From Octopus vulgaris (Eukaryota): a stretch of 64,000 nt of DNA. Shown piece after piece: positions 56,210-64,000 of this stretch; position 1 is the first letter of the stretch; each line of letters opens with the position of its first letter. Position numbers and translations under genes: made by a program. Below the pieces are notes generated by a model. The model had not been told where the DNA came from, searched no databases, and saw only the letters and a list, made by a program, of their open reading frames with translations. The stretch is from positions 11,160,001-11,224,000 of the forward strand of contig OX597832.1 of assembly GCA_951406725.2 (NCBI GenBank). The letters are read 5' to 3'.

Positions 56210-56658
56210 GTGAATTGAAGAAATGGAGTTGAACGAAGATTGAACAGAAATCGTTTTATTTCATTCTACACATGTTTCGAAAGGCACAATTTACCAAATT
56301 CCGATTGAATAATGAGACCATATTGTGTCTTTCTCTTCAGGAAGAAATAGGAAATCCGTTGGAAAAAACAAAAACAGAACAGAGGCGGAGCAAAACAAAT
56401 CGAACTAGGAATTTGGTAAATTGTGCCTTTCGAAACACGTGTAGAATGAAATAAAACGATTTCTGTTCAATCTTCGTTCAACTCCATTTCTTCAATTCAC
56501 TAATAATATTAAAATTCAATTATCCGCACCAACGCACGGTTGCAACACCTTATGGTTGTACCTCCAACCGTGCTGTCTTCTGCTGTGATTTTTGCTACCA
56601 AGGTATCGGTTAAACTTTTGATTAATCTGCAACAAGATTATTCATCTTTCTATTTCAC

Positions 56659-56665
<7 letters not shown>
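56206..56665. mobile_element. Penelope-type pLTR insertion with inverted duplication (97-bp arms 56206-56302 / 56408-56504) in a (TA)n tract
   Basis: Arms are reverse complements with 1 mismatch and a 105-bp spacer; contains a hammerhead; (TA)n on both flanks. Confidence 0.8.
56258..56348 (-). ncRNA. Type I hammerhead ribozyme with canonical core and extended stem II
   Basis: Minus strand atttcttc-CTGAAGA-gaaagacacaat[31 nt]attgtgcctttc-GAAA-catgt-GTA-gaatgaaat: 11/12-bp stem II, stem I ttc/gaa plus atttc/gaaat, GUA cleavage triplet. Confidence 0.8.
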
Positions 56666-56699
<34 letters not shown>

Positions 56700-57009
56700 T
56701 GTGCGTATGTGTGTGTATATATGTATGTATGCATGTATGTGTATGCATGTTGGCGTGGATCTACATATATAAATGTATGTGTGACTATCTATGTATGGGC
56801 GTATAAAGGGAAAGATATATATATATAGTGAGAGAGACAGCAGACAGATAGAGAGATACATACATATATACATACATACTTACATACATTCATGCATATA
56901 TATTTACATACATGCATACTTACATGATACATACAAACATACATACAGACATGCAAATATACAAACGTACAAACATATATATGAGTATGTTTGGTCCGCG
57001 GTTGCTCTG

Positions 57010-57190
57010 ACGATGTATTCCTCCCGTGACGGAACGCTGGTCTGTCACATGATTACTCAGCTGAGGGGAATGGAGACGCGTGAAATGTTGTGTTTTGCTA
57101 AAGAATACGACGCGTCGCCCGTTCCATGAATTGAAACAAGCGAATAATCCTGACTCCAACGTCCTATTCACTAAGCTATGCACCTCTCCA
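57010..57190 (-). mobile_element. Old decayed tRNA-derived SINE (family C-related)
   Basis: Minus strand ggtgcatagcttagtg..gtttcaattc..gggcgacgcg..agcaaaacac.acatttcacg; similar to 22230-22478 and the family C head. Confidence 0.5.
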
Positions 57191-57408
57191 CATGTACATG
57201 TGCGTGCGTGTGTGTTGGTGTCTCTGTGTGTATCTGTGTCTGTGTGGTTCTGTGAATGAGCCTGCTTATTTGTGTCTGTACGATAAAGATCATCTTAATC
57301 TTTTGATTGATTTGCAGTTACCTCTGCTAATATATCTATATCTATCTCTTCATACACACATACGTATGTATACAAACATTTACACATGTACGCATGTACA
57401 CGCGAGTT

Positions 57409-57467
<59 letters not shown>

Positions 57468-57824
57468 ATGTATATATAGGTGTGTGTGTGTGTGAAGACT
57501 AAACATGCATACGAGTATCGATGTAAATAACGATGAGTAGATAAGTGGGATGTAAATATGTGGTAGAAAAATGCTGTCGAAATCCTGAGAACATAAAAGA
57601 AACCATTTGCTGATTATGCAGTCGTTTGTAAAACATTTGCTCACAAAAGAGAATACGTTTCTATATTATCAGTGAGAATCGGTGATGATGATTATAAAGG
57701 AGTAATAGAATTGTTTTGATTAACACCATACTCAAGAATGCAGCTTTGCCGGTATACACTTTTCCATCATTCTCAATTCTCTTTCGATTTCTCACTTACT
57801 CCCCACGTGCATATAAACTCATTT

Positions 57825-57830
57825 ATATAT

Positions 57831-57861
<31 letters not shown>

Positions 57862-58495
57862 CACCCACACACATATGTATATATATATATATATATATAT
57901 ATTATTTATATACATATATACACACACACACATGTATATATATAAATATATATAATTATATACATATATACACACACATATATATATATAGATATATACA
58001 TACATATATACATACACACACATATATATATACATATATACATACATATATATACACACACACACACACACATATATATACATATATACATACATATATA
58101 TATACACACACACACACATATATATATATATAAATATACATACATATATATATGCACACATATATATATAAATATACATACATATATATATACACACATA
58201 TATATATAAATATATATATACATATATACATATATATATATGTATATATATACACAAATATATATACACACATATATATAATTATATATATATATATATA
58301 TATATAAATATGTATATATATATATACACACACATATATATATTTATATATATATATGCACACACACACACATATATATATAAGTATATATATATGCACA
58401 CACACACACATATATATATATATATAAGTATATATATATGCATATACAGGTGCGTGTATATATATATGTGCATGGATGAATATTTTTATACACAC

Positions 58496-58554
<59 letters not shown>

Positions 58555-58555
58555 T
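57825..58555. repeat. (CA)n/(TA)n compound array
   Basis: Directly visible. Confidence 0.95.
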
Positions 58556-58975
58556 CGTTTCATCTTAACATCATCCTTAGTTTTGCTTTCATTCTGGTTT
58601 TATCTGTCATTAATCTATTTTCCATTATCGTATTTTTTCTAAGTTTCGTTCTTATCTTTGTCGTATTACAACACTTCATTTCCTGTTTGTCAGTACGCTA
58701 ATCCAATAAGATGCACATGTGTTCAAACTGACTTCATGCGATAAGCTGATAATCACCGACACAGCATATAGCACCTTTGCTTACAATTTCATATATTGAA
58801 GGCGTTCAGGTTAGCGCTATTGACAACAACGCTGACATCATTAAGAAACTGATTGCTTGTCATTAATTTCACTCTTGATTGACAACTCATTTCAGAAGAA
58901 TCACAGAGTAAACCCTACGCATACACGCTAGATTTATCCCTTGTCTTTAACATTATGCTTATAAAGTAAAAGAAG

Positions 58976-59037
<62 letters not shown>

Positions 59038-59958
59038 GTGTGTGTGTGTATCTATGTATGTATGTATGTATTAGAAATATGTAAGTTTAAATGATAAATA
59101 AAAAAGCATGAAACATCCAAACTAATAACAATAACTGCCATATATGTTGTTGTCTTTGATAAAGTATAATTACATCCGGAAAGAATATTTTCTAAATCTG
59201 TCATGTATATTGCTTTTTTCGTATTTATAGACCTGTAGGGCATAATCTGTTCTATATTTCCCTTATTTTGATACAATGGAAAATTATGATTATTATATAT
59301 ATATATATATATACATCAGATGCGCACCGAATTATGAAATTAATCAGAAATTTCAAATTTCAATATTTACAAAGTTGCTAATTATTCTAAATGATATTAC
59401 GATATGTGAGTCAAACATAACACTCTAATTTCAAGGATTTGACATACATACGTATTCAGGTCTCTCGCTTCTAAGTATTGAGTCATTCTGCATATTCCAG
59501 CGAATTGTACAATCTGCGTTCGAATCTCTCGAAAGTATTACATCGCTTCAGATCTCGCTGTGCACGGTGCAAGAAATAAATCTTTGATCGGTGGGCAGAT
59601 GTATGCACTAATCAGTACATAATTGTGTTCGGTGAATTTATAAGGAAATCCAGTTGCTTTTTCGGTCTGAAAGATCTCCGGGTACTTATGGCTTACGAGA
59701 CACAACACGTCAGAACACCAACGTCACAGCATGATTTAAGCTAGTAGTGCTTTGTCGTCATAAAAGGGGGAGCTTGTCTCCAAGGGCGTAGATAACAGCG
59801 ACTAGCATTAGCTGCGTTTCCATCTAACAGAAATTTAAGAATAAATATCCAAATCAGCATTTCGCATCTCATTGTACCAAGGGCACATAATGATTACATA
59901 TATGGTAATCTATATAACTCTCTCATTCACTCTCTCTCTCGCTCGCTCAGCATTTGTC

Positions 59959-60010
<52 letters not shown>

Positions 60011-60021
60011 TATGCATATAT

Positions 60022-60089
<68 letters not shown>

Positions 60090-60179
60090 TTATGCATATA
60101 TATATATTTATGTATATATACAGTTAGACAGCTACATACATACATATATATTTATGCATTTATTATTATTATTATTATT

Positions 60180-60738
60180 GAGTGACAGAACAACGCATGC
60201 CATTAAAATGACACTTGGGTAGAAATATACGAAGCCCAGTATACCCATCTTCACTACTCGTCTGATAAGTGTACACCAGCCACATGCATCACAACCACAA
60301 GTGTGCCGCGACATGGTGATCTCATATCAAGATAAACACCGCCTGACCTTGTAGGTGGGGTCCAGTTAGAATTTTCTTCAGGTCGGGTTGCTCATCCAGC
60401 TGAAAGGTTTCCTGAAGAAGGTTTGTTTAAGAATGATGAACAAAACACCCATGTTATCAGAGGTCTATAATCAAAACTCCAAAGAATTCCTCTCAACACA
60501 CAGTGATGCTGTTCCCCCACTACTTGTGCTTATGATCAGAGATGCACATATCGTCAGCCACTAAGGGACATGCTCAACTGGTTATGGTGAAGCAACTGGC
60601 AAGCAAATTTTTGATATAGCGGAGAATATATGGTGTCGTCCTCTTCTATACCAGGACAAAACAATGTACATCATAATGCTTCCAACCAGTTAAGATTAAA
60701 AGCCATGAGAGTCACTGCCTGGTACCACATTCGGACAT
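60180..60738. mobile_element. ~560-bp non-coding putative interspersed repeat inserted between (ATT)n tracts
   Basis: Higher-GC block with sharp boundaries, flanked by tattattatt on both sides; no ORF. It resembles an abundant octopus repeat from recollection (not verified). Confidence 0.45.
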
Positions 60739-60761
60739 TTTTATTATTATTCTATTCTTCT

Positions 60762-60890
60762 CATCATCATCATCATCATCATCATCACCATCAACATCAT
60801 CATCATCATCATCACCATCTTCATCATCATAATCAACATCATCATCACCATCAAAACCACCACCACCACCATCATTATCATCATTATTAT
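60762..60890. repeat. (CAT/CAC)n microsatellite
   Basis: Directly visible; gives the poly-His spurious ORF. Confidence 0.95.
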
Positions 60891-61679
60891 ATGTTCTAAC
60901 ACAGACTTCACTTTGGGGTTGTGTATAACAATGTTAAGTAGTGCAACGATTTTCGTTTTTATTTAAATCAAGAGTGAATTTAGTCATTTAATGAGTATAG
61001 ATCGATTTAACAATTACCAGGCTAAAATAAATCCCAGGATCGATAGAGCCGATTAAATACCTTAAAGGCGGTTCTCATGCATAGCTGCTGCACAATTACT
61101 GAAAGCAGTAAAAGAACAATGTTATAATCAGTGGTCTGTGAAAAAAGCACTAATATGATATATTATTATTTAACTATTTCTGATAGAGGGGTTCAGATCT
61201 ACAAATGTGTGCCACGTCCTCCTATAGAACAATTTGTAAAAATAGCCGAAGTCAGAGTTCAATTTTGTAAATTATGTATTATCAAGCGATACTATTCGCG
61301 TCACTTGATCTATATAGGAAAAGATTTCGATTAATATATGAGAATATAATATGAATACAAAATTATATTAACCATCATCAGAAATCAGAAATATTGGAAA
61401 CGTTTAATTCTATATAAATCTCAGCTATATATATTCGCCTCCAGGAACAAACCACTTTTGTTATTAACAAGGTTGGTCGTATTTCACTGAAGGACGAGAA
61501 GCAGCTACTTATAAATTAATTGATTGATTTTTTTTTTTTTTCATTTTTTTTTCAAAGGAAGTGAATGCACCAATAATTTCATGTGCTCGCGTACATGTGT
61601 CTCTGTCCCCGTATCCGAAATGATTCACGTATAATCCTACAGGCTGCATAATCGTTGCAAAATAATACAATATATCAAT

Positions 61680-61864
61680 GCTTGGAATTTTGGAGGAGTG
61701 GGACCACTCAATTAGATCGACCCCAGTATGCAACCTCTACTTAATTTATCGACCCCGAAATGATGAAAGGCAAATTCGACCTCGGCGGAATTTGAACTCA
61801 GAACGTCAAAACAGACGAAATACCACTAAGCATTTCGCCTTGCGTGCTAACGTTTCTGTCGCTC
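61680..61864 (-). mobile_element. SINE family B monomer (tail matching the distal unit of the 8243 dimer)
   Basis: gatcgaccccagta..ttaatttatcgaccccgaaa.gatgaaaggcaaa.tcgacctcggcggaatttgaactcagaacg..gcatttcgcc..gtgctaacg. Confidence 0.85.
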
Positions 61865-62782
61865 TTCAGAAATGCTGGTATGAAGTGCAGTGCTTTTGGC
61901 GCTAGTGAGTGTTGAAGAGGTTAGGCGCTTATATTGAAGGTTTTCTATTTCTAGAACCACTAAGAGGTAATATATACATACATACATTTCTGTGGAAGAC
62001 ATCAACTGTGATTAACAACAGCTGCCTAAGATTAATAGATCCCTATGCAATACGCTGTTGTCGCTAAATGTCATTGCGAAAAGAGGCTCTGCATAAATGT
62101 AGAGAAACCGTGTAATTGAAATACATTCAATAATATCAACACGAGGAATATTGGTAGAATAATCCTGTCAAAACTTCGGTCAAGTGTAGACATAACACGA
62201 CAGATATTGCTGTGTGGAACATACATAAAAGCATATGTGTCGTAGTGGAGGTCAGTTGCCTAGCTGACGTCAATATCTGTTTGAAAATAAAATAAAATTG
62301 AAGATGTCTATGAAACATTGCTCTGTAGCATCCGGGTCCTATATCTAGATTACAAATTTCCATTTATACCAATAATAATTAGTGCACTTCATTATGTAAC
62401 TAAATGTCACACTCGATAAGCTAAGGCTTTCAGAAAAATCTGCAGGCTAACCTAGCACATTACAAATACTCTCTACTTATGGGACAAGAAAAAATCCAGT
62501 CTTTTCTTAAATTTAAAATATGTCTTTGTTTTATATTTTGCTGGGTGGCTTTTATATTTTATTTTGTTTGCATTCCAACAATGGAACGTTGTGTCTTAGA
62601 AATCAGCTCTTCCCTCTGAGGAAAAGTTTAAACTAGTAAAAACAGAAGAGAATCTACATACGTACACACATACAATGTGTGTGCGCGTGCGTGTGTGCAT
62701 TAAGTTTGCGACACTGTTGTATAGAGTTAAATTATAATTTTCATACAGCCATTTCTGTTTTGATTGAACGGCAAAGCATATA

Positions 62783-63348
62783 TTGGGTAATCCGGAAAGT
62801 TCGTACCGATTTTTAAAGGAAAGAAAAAGGTCAATAAATACTTGACATTACATTTTTAATCGACCAAAAACGAACCATTTTGTTGCACAATGCGTTTCCA
62901 TCTTTCATTTAACTTGAAAATACCCTCTTCTCAGAATTGGGGTGGTTTCACGGCAAATAATTCACCAAGGTATCTTTTGACATCATCCAAGGAATTGAAA
63001 TGTTTACCTTTAAGACTATTCTGCAGAGACCTGAATAAGTGGAAATTCGAAGGAGCAATATCAGGTGAATATGGAGGGTGGGGTACCACATGCCAGCCGA
63101 ACTGCAGAATTTTTTGTCTGGTTTCCAAAACATCAAGTGCCGAAAATGAGCTTTCTTATCTTCCATTTTAAAGGGTTACAGAATTAACACACGATATAGG
63201 AACATAAATCTTCTTCCACGTAAAGATAGCTTAAACTGTGCTCTAAATGGAGGTGTAGTCAAATCCTATTTTATGGGCTCAACCATGCTTTAAGATAAGT
63301 TGAAAGATAAGCTACTATAAATCGGCACGAACTTTCTGGACAACCCAA
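62783..63348 (-). mobile_element. Internally deleted mariner element with intact TIRs and TA TSD
   Basis: TIRs ttgggtaatccggaaagttcgtaccgattt / aaatcggcacgaactttctggacaacccaa; TA at 62781-2 and 63349-50; MEDKKAHFRHLMF fused to TRQKILQFGWHVVPHPPYSPDIAPSNFHLFRSLQN..F*EEGIFKLNERWKRIVQQNGSF. Confidence 0.93.
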
Positions 63349-63649
63349 TATTACATTAACGTCATTGTTAATCAACATCAATAAATGTTACGTCATTTCT
63401 TTTGCCAATTTTGCATCTGAATGACTTCCATGAAATACGGTTTCTTTTTATTTTCATGAAAGTGTATTATATCATTTAAAGATATTCTGTTTTAATTAAA
63501 TACCATTACCTTAAATGACACTTTTTAATGAAGGCATACCTTGTACATGAGAGCTAAGCCTCGTTATTATGTTGTTTTGTCTCACAGGCACGAAGCGTGT
63601 GATTTAGAGATACGTGACTTAATATCATGTTCAGGGGCTAGAACCCATT

Positions 63650-63790
63650 ATGCGGCATGCTCGTTTAGTATATTTGACTACACCTTCGGGTCGATCAAAT
63701 ATATTTGTGATGTTAATTCACTAAGCAAAATCAAAGCCGGAGAAAACTTTAGATTGACAGCAGAATTCAATTTCTTGTAACCTTCATCTG
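63650..63790 (-). mobile_element. Decayed SINE family B fragment
   Basis: ttgactac..gatc..aattcact..ccggagaaaa..ttgacagcagaatt remnants of the core. Confidence 0.3.
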
Positions 63791-64000
63791 CAAAATAAAA
63801 GTATATTTCCGGGCTAATACCAACACCTTAGTGTTGTGTGCTTCATGTGAGTACATACTGAGAGCCTGAGGACCAGCATTCTATTATGCAGCTATTTTGC
63901 GAATCGTAGAAGTTATCAGCCTTTTGTTTGATAGTCACGGAAGCCTTCTTTAAGTCTTCTAGGCGATTCACTAACTTCAGGAACTAATATGAATAACCTT

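Overview
AT-rich, repeat-dense eukaryotic non-coding DNA (intergenic or a long intron). It is most likely from an octopus, inferred from the tRNA-derived SINE families and the extreme density of (TA)n/(TG)n/(TAGA)n microsatellites. No host protein-coding gene can be supported; nearly all long ORFs in the track are translated microsatellites. Recognisable content: many copies of 3-4 tRNA-derived SINE families, a Tigger/pogo remnant, two mariner remnants (one interrupted by a Helentron-like element that itself contains a CR1-type LINE 3' end), a non-autonomous Helitron and a Penelope-like GIY-YIG fragment. The most notable signal is two minus-strand type I hammerhead ribozymes in Penelope pseudo-LTR/retrozyme-like direct-plus-inverted repeat structures. 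One (12220-12260) has the U3-A8 compensatory core; the other (56258-56348) has a canonical core with a long stem II and lies in a 97-bp inverted repeat. Truncated hammerhead halves also occur in short islands within (TA)n tracts. All calls were made by eye, and coordinates of decayed repeats are approximate.
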